64,000 nucleotides of DNA from Antedon mediterranea (taxonomy: Eukaryota; Animalia; Echinodermata): positions 7,249,812 to 7,313,811 of the forward strand of contig NC_092675.1 of the NCBI RefSeq assembly GCF_964355755.1. The letters are read 5' to 3'. Of the stretch, positions 52,287 through 64,000 are shown one piece after another. The notes under the pieces were generated by a model, which was not told where the DNA came from, ran no database searches, and saw only the letters and a program-made list of their open reading frames with translations. Numbering within the stretch: position 1 is the stretch's first letter; every line of letters starts with the position of its first letter. The translations under genes and the position numbers were made by a program.

Positions 52287-54186
52287 CAGGGGTGGCGCCA
52301 GGATCTTACCGACGCGGGGGCTACATTCCCCGACGAGGGGGCTATGCGAGCGAAGCAAGCATCACAAGGCTGGGGGAAAGGGGGCCGCCAAGGGGCCCCG
52401 GTGGGGGTCCAGGGGGCGAAGCCCCCGGAAGCAACGCGTTCTAGCGTCATTTGAGGTCATTTTAATCAGATTTAGGGTAGCCATTTTTTTCCATTTTTTA
52501 TAATGCATAAATAAAATACTGCGTGCAAAAAAACGGTGCGCGATGACTGTTTCAATCCATATTTTTCAATTTAAAAAATAAAAGTTCAACGAAAATTTAG
52601 AAAAATAGAGTTGGAGGTCCTGGAAATTGGACTTATTATACTTCAAAACATGAAACAAAATATATAAGTCCCTATCATGGTTGTGACTGAGCTAAGAAAT
52701 GTTTGAAAAATAGAGATGTTAGGTCCCGGAAAATGCACTTCTTGTACTTCGAAATATGACCAGCTTTATTGTTGGGGCTGAGCTAAGAAAATGTTTAAAA
52801 CTAGAGCTGCATTTTATACTTTGGAAACATCAGGCCCAGAGGCTTAAAAAACGCAAGCGTAGACCTTTTCAGTCGGGGAAATAAGTTTATTCCTCCCAAG
52901 TGTATGCCTGCGTACCATCTGGACTTCCGAGTGGTGAGAAATTCTTGACATACAGGACATTGAAAATTTAATAACTTAGCTATAATAAGATGTTGGCTAA
53001 GCGAAAATGGCATGTTTTTTTGTTTAGTAATGGATGAAATATTTATTTTAGGTGCCCCACGGTACAGCAGGTTACTTGTAAATTAAAAAATTGGTGAACA
53101 TACGAACAATTAACATAATTCGTTTTTGCTGTAGTGTAGCGTCGTCGACACAGTACACGACGTAACCGTCGGTAAACTTCGCCTGGAAAATAACTACAGT
53201 ACACATTTTGGTCCCTGGACGGAAGATGATATCACGACCCAACGTTGAACGATTCGTACAAAGGGATACCGCCAGACAAGTGCGTACCTATAGCTATTGT
53301 TTAGTAGTAAGTTAGATCGCTGGCGATAATGAATGCATATAAAGTGCATAATATCACTCTGACGTACTCTCACGGTCAATGAAACGTCGAGGTTTTCTAG
53401 GCGCTGAAGAAGCTACGAAGTGAACGCGAATGAATTATATTCCCCGACAAAAAGTATCCGAACCGTCGGTAAACTTCGCCTGGAAAATAACTACATTACA
53501 CATTTTGGTCCCTGGATGGAACTTGATATCACCCGTCTCGACCCAACGTTGAACGATTCGTACAAAGGGATACCGCCAGACAAGTGCGTACCTAGCTAAT
53601 GTTTAGCAGTAAGTTAGATCGCTGGCAATAATGAATGCATATAAATTGCATAATAGCACTCTGACGTACTCTCACGGTCGGTCAATGAGACGTCGCGGTT
53701 TTCTAGGCGCTGAAGCTACCAAGTGAACGCGAACGTTTTTTACTGTATATTATATTCCCCGACAAAAAGTACCCGTGATCCCTTCGGTAACCGTCGGTAA
53801 ACTTCGCCTGGAAAATAACTACATTACACATTTTGGTCCCTGGATGGAACATGATACCACGCGTCTCGACCCAACGTTGAACGATTCGTACAAAGGGATA
53901 CTGCCAGACAAGTGCGTACCTAGCTAATGTTTAGTAGTAAGTTAGATCTCTGGCAATAATGAATGCATAAAAGTGCATAATAGCCCTCTGACGTACTCTC
54001 ACGGTCAATGGAACGTCGTGGTTTTCTAGGCGCTGAAGCTATATGAAGTGAACGCGAACGTTTTTTACTGTATATTATATTCCCCGACAAAAAGTACCCG
54101 TGTTCCCCGACGGGGGGGGGGGGGAGGCTAGGCTCCCCGACGAGGGGGCTAGAGCCCCCGTAGCCCCCCCGCTGGCGCCACCACTG
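52287..54186. mobile_element. hAT-like non-autonomous transposon (1.9 kb) in GPCR1 intron 3
   Basis: TIR CAGGGGTGGCGCCAG / CTGGCGCCACCACTG; perfect 8-bp TSD CCTCAGGC (52279-52286, 54187-54194); GC-rich subterminal CCCCGACG repeats. Confidence 0.9.
53163..54110. repeat. Three tandem ~300-330-bp units inside the hAT-like element
   Basis: AACCGTCGGTAAACTTCGCCTGGAAAATAACTAC at ~53164, 53461 and 53789. Confidence 0.93.
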
Positions 54187-54608
54187 CCTCAGGCCTCCAC
54201 GTTACGCCACTGTGGTATCCAGTAAGTCAGTTATAGGGAGGGGAGGGAGTTGAAGTAATGCTAATACTATCTGATAACTTAACCACATAAAACTTCTAGA
54301 AAGTACCAAGCCTTTTGCCATTTTTCTCTCACTGTAGAGAGCTTCAATTAACATTGTTGGACGTCGATGTCAGATACTATGGTACCAAATGGTGGTTAGC
54401 CTGAGACACGAGGAGCACCCGCAGTTTACATTATAACCACAACCAATGTAAATCTACTGCACCATAAATTAATTCTATTTAGTAGATATTAATTCAAAAA
54501 TATTTTTCCATTATGCACCAATGTATTCCAGTACCTCTAATTGGTCATATTAAGTCATTTTTATTATAGTCATTCTACTAATCATGATATTTTTGTTTTT
54601 TTACCTAG

Positions 54609-54968
54609 GCAATCTTGATGCTTTTCATCGTCGTGTTGCTGTACTTTTTCACATGGGGACCTTTCATGATATTTCAACTTCTGGGAAGGTTCGACGTCAT
54701 CGACGTAAAATTTGAAGGACACATGAGGCTTACATATACATTAACGAAGATGTTAGGTATAGGAAATAGTTGTATGAATCCATTCCTCTATGTTTTCATG
54801 TCAAAAAGCTTTCGGTCGGCTATCAAGACCACATTGTGCTGTACCAAAACCACGGATGTCGTTACAAACAACATTGGGCGCAGTGTGTCTGGTGGCTTAA
54901 ACTCCTCTAGGACTGTAACTAGTCGCTACAGTATATCAGAGGTATCAGAAAATCGGATTAGACCTTGA
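54609..54968 (+). CDS. GPCR paralog 1, coding exon 4 (TM6, TM7, helix 8, C-tail); spliced CDS 1332 nt, 443 aa
   Basis: Acceptor (T)nACCTAG; FFTWGP (TM6), NSCMNPFLY (NPxxY), FRSA helix 8, LCC palmitoylation site, Ser/Thr-rich tail, TGA. Confidence 0.95.
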   Translation, partial: AILMLFIVVLLYFFTWGPFMIFQLLGRFDVIDVKFEGHMRLTYTLTKMLGIGNSCMNPFLYVFMSKSFRSAIKTTLCCTKTTDVVTNNIGRSVSGGLNSSRTVTSRYSISEVSENRIRP

Positions 54969-55440
54969 TTAAGCAAGAATGATAGATTGTCTTTCAAATT
55001 AGACGAAAATCATAGAAATAAGTATGTTTTGCAAAGACAAATCCATTTCAAAATTAAATCAAAGATTTCTATTTAACAAATTTATTGATAAAATCAAAAA
55101 TATGAAAAAAAAAATGTGTTCGCATTATTCCAGATATACCAAATACACAAACTTGTTCATCCATTTATTCAATCTTTTATTTGGAAATATCTGGTCCAAA
55201 GAAAGTAGGCCTAAAAGTAACAAATAAGCAGTTTACCGGTACTGACTATTTTACTATAAGACGACGCGCTCTCATCTCAGGATTGTACTCCACCTGAAAA
55301 TCATCTTTGACTTATATACGACGTTGTCTATAATCGTTTAGACTAAACCTTTCCACTTGAATTAAATCAACACATCGGGCCATATATCGATATTCTTTTT
55401 GATCGATCTTTTTCTTTCAAACAACTGTCACGGCTTCACC

Positions 55441-55536
55441 TATAGAGGGAGACCTTTAGAACAATCAAAGTATCCTAGAGGGAGACGTAACACTAAAAGT
55501 ATGCTAGAGGGAGACATAACAGCCAAAGTATCCTCT
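55441..55536. repeat. Short tandem repeat (~3 x 30 bp, TAGAGGGAGAC...AAAGTAT)
   Basis: Visible direct repeats downstream of the GPCR1 stop. Confidence 0.6.
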
Positions 55537-56592
55537 ACACGCTAGATGTATTGTCTCAATCTTTACATTACAGATGTTGCATGAGTAAAGGTTTGTTTTT
55601 CGTGAAGAATGCAAATATGTGATTCGATTAAGCACTCTATTTGGTTTGCTTTATATTATTATTATTCATTTACTCGTTATAAAAACATACTTAATATATA
55701 TATATATCAATCCCATGATAAAAAGACAAGTTACAACAGATCGTCTAGATACACGGTATTATGTAATAATGAAATACAATTCAAAAACACACAGAAATAA
55801 TACTGGTGATAAGATAAGATAACTTTAAGTGCTTACAAAGTAATCAATTAAATTAGCATTGTTACTTAAATATTTATAAATATAAAATGTATATAAAATT
55901 GTAATCAATTCAATGCATATCAAAATATACAAATATGTTATTTTATGAGAACATTATCGAATTTAAATACGGAACCAAAACTACCATCGAGAATTATAGA
56001 TGATTTGGTTGTACCAATGAGGACAGACGAATGTCCTCATTACTGCATCAAGAGAAACTAATCTTAAAGGCAAATTTTTTGTTTAAAAGATGTTTAACTT
56101 ACCGTTGAAAAATATGTAAATATGTTTTTATTTATTTTTACATCTTTTTTTAAATTTCTGTACAGGTATTTATTTATAACTTGTATAATGTAACATGATA
56201 AATTTGATGTATAAGTACATACATACATTTACATTAAACAGAGATAGAATGTGAATAGTACATATTTATTTACATGTAAGTTCACGTAACTTACATTAGT
56301 GTACATATACACAGTAATTATACTTTATGGGTTTTTTTTGAAAAATATGTATAATCGATAATCGATATTCTGATAGATTAATGTCGTATTATTTTATTCA
56401 AATACTATTTATTGATTAGCAGATTATGTCTGATGCCCATTATTACAACAAATTTTACATTCCACAGCAACAGCTTTAATTATTGGTAGGAATATTACGA
56501 CAGTAACAGGGTGGGTAGACATTTCAGGAAAACAAAATGCTAATCATCACACTTGTTGCCTTGCATTCGCCTCGCACTACGGAAACAAGAGC

Positions 56593-58983
56593 GGTCACAG
56601 TGCATATCGGCCGCCAGTCATTTCGGCCGCCGGTTATGGAACGCCTAAAATCATGAAACGCCAAAAAGGACAAAATATGTATTGTTCATTTCGGCCGCCA
56701 ATCGTCAATATTGTTAATGTATGGCACACCTCAATTATAAAAAATGGTGTATACATGTGCCTATCGCCTGAATAGACGTGCATATTCAAAAAGCAAGCAG
56801 CAATCAACAAAAACGATCATACTTTTTGATTTGTATAGAGTTGCGCTATTTTACGGTCATTCGCCGGCTTCTTCTCCTCCTGACTGAGCCCTACAACCTC
56901 TCAGTGCCCACCCCCCCCCCCCTCCACACACACACAACAACCACTGTGAAATAAAATAAGTTGTGTAGAAATACTTTAGTTAAAACTACTAAACTAATGA
57001 TTTACACGGTCTTTTGATGATATCGGTCGCGTTTGAAATCGGTCGCCCTATTTTGTATGGAGCGGGATGCATGCTAGCGGGATATACATTTTCTTCATTT
57101 ATATAGATTTAATTGATATTTTTTAGGGGCTAGATTATTTATGTGGATATTTTTTATTTGGTTATCAATCGGAGAAGGACTATGTCTTTCCAAAATAGTC
57201 ATTTCTAAACACGTTTAAATATTAAATTAGGTAAATATTATATCAGGCATATAATAATTTACCTCCAGTTATATGTACTGTAATTAATATATTATATAGA
57301 GAATATACGTCTGTCCTTTATTATGCAAACAATTACGTAAAAGAGAACAATTTATTTAAAAACAATAATTGTTACAATGTATAGCCCGTAAAAAAGCCAG
57401 CGTATCCATTGTTATACTTATGCATACTGTGGCAGATTATATCATGTCGTTAACAACATACTATTCGATCACCTAATTTTTATTTTTTTATTTTATTTAC
57501 ATCCGTTATGTAGGATAATATTAAGTGTATAATAATAATTGTTGAGACAAATCACGTGTATACTTTTATTTCTAGTGTTTAAAATAGTTGTTAGTAAAAA
57601 TGATCATTATATGCGGATGGTTAAAAGGCGAGTTACTGAAATAAACCCCCGAATAAGCCATATTGGGGGGGGGGGGAAGATGCGCCTTCTATGATCGTGC
57701 AGCTGTTTCCTCTCTAACAATGCGTTATTTTGCTGACGGGGTTTCCCCTTTTTTAAAAGCACGCACTTGTTAGTGTGTCAAATCATGGACAAAACACGAC
57801 GTACGATCGTTGTCCATGGCCAGGTAAAGATGACGTCTATTACTAATAACCATACTTTTAAAACGTCTATAGGCCTTCTGTACGTGTTTTTGTGAAACGA
57901 TGTACTGTATATAATACTGTACGTCGATACTATAGATTTTAATTTGAAAAATATCTTTTATTTCTTTATTTACAATAATCATTTAATGTAAATAATTAAG
58001 TAAGTAGTCTCACATAACATCCATACGACGTTCGTAAATCTAAATGTTTAAATATCAGTACCTCTTTGAGAATCGTGTCCACCTATAATTATCCATACAT
58101 TATTCTCACTTCTATCATTGTACATCATAGACATACTGTAGGGCTGGTAGATTGATTTATAACGGAATATTATCTATATATTTTATTATTATCCTAAACC
58201 ATGCTCACGTCAGAGTGGCGGATATCGAATGCAAAAATCATCATCATGCATCAAATTCCTTTATTGCATAAACCTCATTGAGCTGGTATCCACTTGCAGG
58301 TATAGAACGAGTTTCGTAATTAACTGTGATTAAAAAATACGCAATAGGCGCGTCTACTTGTTTAACAATTAAATTATTATTTATTTTCAAAACCTTAAAC
58401 AACGGCATGCTAAAAGAACACATTACAATTCATTCAAACCTGTAAGATAAAATGGAAACACAAATTATTTATAAATAATGAGATAAATATTTATATTTAC
58501 TGTACTTAAAAAATAACGATCGAGGTTTAAAAAAATGTCAAACAGTATTATTAGAAATTCCAATATTCAAAATTAACTAACAACATAATGAACGTTTTCA
58601 TTAAAAATGTATCTAATGCGCCATATACAAATTAGCGCGACCAAAATAAAACGCGACCGATATCGTAACTAATAGGATAAAAAGCGTATCTAGCGGCGCT
58701 CCATACAAAATACCGGATGTTTATTTTATCGCGACCGATTTCAAACGCGATCGATTTCAAGCGCGACCGATTTCATCTGACACCATTTACACACGTCTAT
58801 TCAGGCGATAGGCACATGTATACACCCTTGACAAGTAAGTAAGTAAAAATACGTTATTAACAATATTGACGATTCTGGCGGCCGAAATGAACAATACATA
58901 TTTTGTCTTTTTTGGCGTTTCATGATTTTGGGCGTTCCATAACCGGCGGCCGAAATGACTGGCGGCCGAAATGATCAGACACC
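56593..58983. mobile_element. Non-autonomous TIR element, GG...CC ends, degenerate 8-bp TSD (Merlin/Mutator-like)
   Basis: 56593-56790 is the inverse of 58790-58983 (CATTTCGGCCGCC repeats); flanks ACAAGAGC / ACAAGGGT. Confidence 0.8.
57008..58784. mobile_element. Related GG...CC element nested in 56593-58983
   Basis: Perfect 8-bp TSD ATTTACAC (57000-57007, 58785-58792); arms GATATCGGTCGCGTTTGAAATCGGTCGC / GCGACCGATTTCAAACGCG; right end CATCTGACACC. Confidence 0.85.
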
Positions 58984-61900
58984 ACAAGGGTCAGGAGTGT
59001 CATGATACATGATACTACAGCTGTAACTAGATACATCTTAACTGACTATCGCAAGTCATCATCAGGAACAAGTCTAGGCGAAGTGTATTAAATACTTAAA
59101 TGGAATACATTGTTATCTCTACTTCTGTGAGTTCTATCTCATCTATGCCCCATGTCGACACTAAATCCGTAATCGGAGCCGATTGTTTTCAGACAGTTTT
59201 CAGAATTGAACTACAACTAAATGTTTTCTTATATAATTAATTACTAATTTATTCATTCATTTAGAGTAAATAAAGTAAATATATTTTTACAGGGATAAGT
59301 GCATGCGCAGGATAGCTGAGACGTAAGAAATCGAGCCCATACCTTCTTCACACAAAGGCAATTATATTCTGTGCCAGTTTGAAGTGTGCTGTTATTATGT
59401 GTAATATATAATACCTTTTTAAGGGTAGAGACGAATTCTTATAAGTATAACAATAGGGTACAGTATGTCACAAAAAAATGGAGTTGTTTGAAACTGTTAA
59501 ACAATGTGTAATATTGTATAATTATGGCATAGATATTTATAAATTTAATATTCATTTTTATATGTATTTTCATAACTGTTATATAATTTTAATTCAAAAT
59601 AAAAATGTTTTTTCCAGTGGTAACTAAAAATGTAAGCTTACGTTATAAAATATAAATCAACAAATGTTTAAAAAGATAATTATTTTCATAATGTAATAAA
59701 GAATTGAATATAGGAAATTCATTTATCTCATACGGTAGTTGTAGAATCAAAAAGTCAAAACTACTTTTTATCAGTTTGGACTATATTGTACTCTTTTTTT
59801 AAAATTGCTGTTTTAGGAATGTTAAATTCTTTGCTTAGTGGAAAACAGTTATCCGTTTCTGTAAGAAATAGAGTCAAAATTGTTAATTAATTTGTTAAAT
59901 TTGCCTCATTAGAATACAGTATTATATGGTTTGTTGTTACCATAGTCTTGTGGAAATGTGTGTATGTTACAGAATATTTAATAAATCACTATAAACACAG
60001 TTTAGCTGTTCTTTATAGATATCTGTTTTATTCATTAAATAATAAATTGTATAATGTACTATACTGTTTTTTTTTCAAGAATTGGTTTGTAAAAATATAG
60101 TATGTCTACCAACTTGAGGATTGAATGTTTATATTTGTAATTTAATTGAATATAATATTTTTTTAGTGTCCACGTCTGCCCTATAAGGTTGGTGAACACC
60201 AGTTCAAACATTTTTTTTTTCTAAAATACGTCAGCTTGAGGGCGCTATTAATTATCCAAAATACGCGAATTGTCCAAAATACGTCAGCTTGAGGGCGCTA
60301 TTGATTTTCCAAAAATACGCAATATTGTGCAATAGTCCATGAGAATTAGCTAAAAGTGAACCTTTGTGAAAACCCTTTTTGCTAGAAAAACTTTTTATAT
60401 GAAATAAGTTTTTCGACATTGGGAAGTAGCTTAATTTGCATATTTTAATAATATTTGCGCCCATTTTTAATAATACTCTATATCTTGGAAACCGCTAGTC
60501 ACAGATAATTAATAATTGCGTCAAAATCTTATTAATTTTAAGGAAAAAATTTGTCAAAAAATGAATGAAATGAAATTATTGACCTTTGACCTTTTTTTGG
60601 AGTTTTTTTTTTGTTTTGTTCTTGTTTGTGGCAGTTTTATAGTGCGCCTTAAATGATTGAAAATTACCTGTATACTTTAGGAGTTTCCTGTACCTAGACC
60701 GGGGCTCAAGTCTGTAGCCTGACTTTACGTCCTACAGGATCGATTCTCTACTTGACAATATTTTTAAATATTTTTTTTAGTTTAAAGAGATTATTTTAGA
60801 GGGTGGGTTTTTAATATTTTGGGCAAGTTTCTATTTGATAAAACCTAAGCCGTCAGACAGATAGATAGGTACTATTAGACTAAACAATGCCACATACATG
60901 ACCAATGTGAGTACAGACAGTATCCCAACATTCACTTCGAACATCAACATAATCAGTAGGTGAGAGGATGCATTCCCCGTATGGGTAATGCATCCACTCA
61001 CCACCAGAATCCTTATCAACAGTCATCCTCCAAGCACAGAAACATAACACACAAGTATGTGCAGCATCAAAACAGTTGAAGACATGTACCACCATTACAT
61101 TGAAATCCCTTCATCATGCCTTCAACAAACACTGCATGTTAGCCAAAGTAGGCATAATTGTACCACCTGATCATTCTGCACCTTCATCTTTTAATTATTG
61201 TGCGGCACAACATCTATAAAATAATGTAACCCCTTTCATCTGGCCAGACGCAACACATGGCATCTATCTCTAGTTCCGAAAAATTAGTTTAATTTCAGTT
61301 AAGAAGAATATCTGGTTTCGCATTACAATGAATTTGGTGATGGTTATTGTTTCGCTTGGTGATGATTCGTTGGCTTCGCAATGAACTATACATGATTTGA
61401 CTTGACAATGAATCTTTTTACTTGACGATGAAATCGTTTGACTTGACAATGGATCGTTTGAGTCTATCTCAGTAACTCGGAGATATTTTATCCTAAGATA
61501 ACTTTATTTAATTAAGATATTGCTCAAATTTGAGTTAGTGTTTACCGACCAACCGACCGGCCGACCAATGACCGACATAGTGAACTGTAGACTCGCGTTT
61601 GCACGTGACTAAAAATCTTTGTTCTAGTTCATTACATTCATATACGATGACTATTTTGAACATTAAACGTTTTTCATTAAGCGAATAATAATAATTATGT
61701 TTTTAACATACGCTTACTAGGTAAAAGGCAAACTCCTATCCAATTTCATAGCACTTAATGGATACTCGGGACCTAATTTACAGAGAACTTCTACCTTCTT
61801 GGCTGACGAAGATGAAATTAAAGTATCGTGAATATTCGGATACAAAATATGGTACTAGACGATAAATTGGTGATCTCTCTTAGCTTTACTGTTTGTTTTA

Positions 61901-62009
61901 TTTTATTCTCTAATACTTTCGTTTTTATATAAATTAGAAAAATATAATTGTTGCTTCTAACTTTGTAGTTCACAGAAGAAATTTAACAGCAACTGAATTG
62001 TTGTTGAAG

Positions 62010-62497
62010 ATGTCAACGTTTAAGGAAGAAATATATACCGAATCTTCAACTGTGTTTTCTGCTTTAGAAATCGGAACTTACAAATCTGAGAATGTTACCG
62101 ACCTGAAGAGCAGAAGTCTTTCGCTAAACTCAAGCAATTCACTGAGCGAAAGCTACTACTACTACTACTACTACGACTATTCAAATGATGACACTTTGTA
62201 TCGTGTTCTCACGTGGTGTATTTACACGACAGCGTTTGTGACGGGATGTTGTGGAAACATTCTTGTGTTGTTTTCGATACATCGATGTCGCCAGTTGAAA
62301 GGTGTGCCAGCAATGCTACTGGTCAGTCTTGCTGTTGCTGATTTCCTAGTATGTCTTATCATCGTACCAGCTGAGATGTATGTGTTTTATACAACCGAGT
62401 TTCACTTGGGACCGTTTGTCTGCAAGTTTCTTACTTTACTGCACCAGTTGGTGTTCGCTTGTTCTTCGTTCACACTAACACTTATCAGCATTGAGAG
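62010..62497 (+). CDS. Class A GPCR, paralog 2, coding exon 1 (N-terminus, TM1-TM3)
   Basis: First ATG at 62010; same motifs as paralog 1; same phase-2 donor AG|GTAGGT. Confidence 0.93.
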
Positions 62498-62927
62498 GTA
62501 GGTATACTTCATACTTATTATTACTGCGTTCTGTTTCCATACCGGTACAGTTCTTCACTTTTTGTATTTTTTTTTTATTATTTTATTTTGTACGCATCAA
62601 CAGCAACAAACTCGCCAATTACATGATAGATAAACTATGCTTGTTTGGTCGTTTGTTAACATAATTAACACTAAAGTAGGTGTGTTTATAAAAGCCATAT
62701 AAAAATAACATTTAATATAATATTAATAAAAACTAAATGTTACCATTTTAATCAATGTGAATTAAATTTAGGCCTTGGCTAGGGCTACCTTGTATTTGAT
62801 TCAAATGACAGGAATCTATTTAGAAATTATATAAAACAAATAATGAATGTTTTATATTCATATAATAGTAGAAATAATGGCATTTGGTAAATGATGAAAG
62901 GTTAAATGTTAACTTTTTTTAAACATG

Positions 62928-63169
62928 AAACATGCTTAACAGAACATTAATCCAGTCAGCCATTGTGTAATCATATTTCATTAATATACAAATAATGGAT
63001 GTTTGCGAGTGTAATGGTACAAATAATGGCATAAGGTGATATATAACCTTTCATCATTCACCTTATGCCATTATTTGTACCATTACACTCATAAACATTC
63101 ATTATTTGTATATTAATGTAATATGATTACACAATGGCTGACTGGATTAATGTTCTGTTGAACATGTTT
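62928..63169. repeat. Long near-perfect inverted repeat (~110-bp arms, short loop) in GPCR2 intron 1; probably a palindromic MITE
   Basis: AACAGAACATTAATCCAGTCAGCCATTGTGTAATCATAT...GGCATAAGGTGA pairs with TCACCTTATGCC...ATATGATTACACAATGGCTGACTGGATTAATGTTCTGTT. Confidence 0.93.
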
Positions 63170-63194
63170 TTATAGTTAATCATGTCTTCTTAAG

Positions 63195-63318
63195 GTTATA
63201 TGTTGTCAAATATCCCCTTCATGCAAGATCCGTTATCACAACAAGACGTGCTCGGTTTGTTATTGCCGGAGTATGGCTGTCTGCGGCGTTATGCGCAGTA
63301 CCAAACACATACAGGCAG
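63195..63318 (+). CDS. GPCR paralog 2, coding exon 2; remaining exons not in the window
   Basis: Acceptor TCTTCTTAAG; 124 nt reading LYVVKYPLHARSVITTRRARFVIAGVWLSAALCAVPNTYRQ; donor CAG|GTAATG. Confidence 0.93.
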
Positions 63319-64000
63319 GTAATGTCAATAATATTAAAACATTTTTCCGTCGGTTACCGTTATTGAAATGTTTGATATTCATAAAATTAAACCTACAACT
63401 AACCTGTTTCACAGTGTCTTAGATGATCAATACTATTTTAACGTATAGTGTTTATTGTTTGGTGGAGGTGGGGATGCGGATTTAATTTGAGGGAGGTGCT
63501 TATTGGAGAGATACGTTTAATATGTTAGTATTAATAATATGGTAACATATATAAATACAATCCTCTAGTAGTAGTGGTAAAAAAGAATAACAAATACTTG
63601 GTAAATTGTAGATAACAGTCCGATGAAATCTACAACAAATAGTATAATTTTGTTATAAATATAATACAATATGTGTGTATGAATGTGGATGGGCGGTAAT
63701 TAGATGGTTGGGAGGGTGGGTATGAGGGTCAGCGATAATTATTTTAAGTGATGTTTTATTTTTTACCTAATTGGTATAATTAATACATTATTCCGCGACA
63801 CAGTGGGCCATTTTGACAAAGATGGAAGACGTTTTAGACGGCTTGCAACATGGGCAGAAGTATCCCAGGTCTTAACAAAACAGATAGCGCACATCAGTAG
63901 CCTATACAGTCCTGGCATCTTACTCAACAACTCGGCTATCGGGGTTTTACTCTATTTCAAACAAGAGCTCTTATCATCAGGTCTCCCGATGTAATTGTAT

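Noticed and set aside
46294-54968. Specific gene symbol (QRFPR, CCKR, GALR etc.)
   Set aside because: The motifs support only a class A peptide-type GPCR; orthology needs a phylogeny.
63803-63994. ORF as exon 3 of GPCR2
   Set aside because: No similarity to paralog-1 exon 3 and no TM5 motif; the true exon is probably beyond the window.

Overview
AT-rich, repeat-dense genomic DNA from a eukaryote, most likely a non-vertebrate animal (spliceosomal introns, a Deu/Nin-domain tRNA-SINE, many DNA-transposon families). The only host genes I can support are two tandem, same-strand class A (rhodopsin-like, peptide-receptor-type) GPCR paralogs. One is complete, with 4 coding exons (46294-54968, about 443 aa); the other is cut off by the window end (exons 62010-62497 and 63195-63318). 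Nearly all other ORFs in the track are translations of minisatellites or MITEs. The rest of the window is a set of non-autonomous DNA transposons with readable TIRs/TSDs: a 7.5-kb CACTA/EnSpm-like element with satellite-like arms and a decayed internal gene, an Academ-like element carrying a minisatellite, a hAT-like element, GG...CC elements with 8-bp TSDs (nested), several PIF/Harbinger-like MITE families (self-nesting and fused), Kolobok-like and Helentron-like MITEs. The most notable points are exon-restricted near-identity of the GPCR paralogs, a Tyr-repeat expansion in one receptor N-terminus, strongly over-represented TA-x-TA words that look like excision footprints, and a long intronic hairpin. 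I found no convincing wholly new biological system. All family assignments come from by-eye reading of ends and TSDs, not from database searches.
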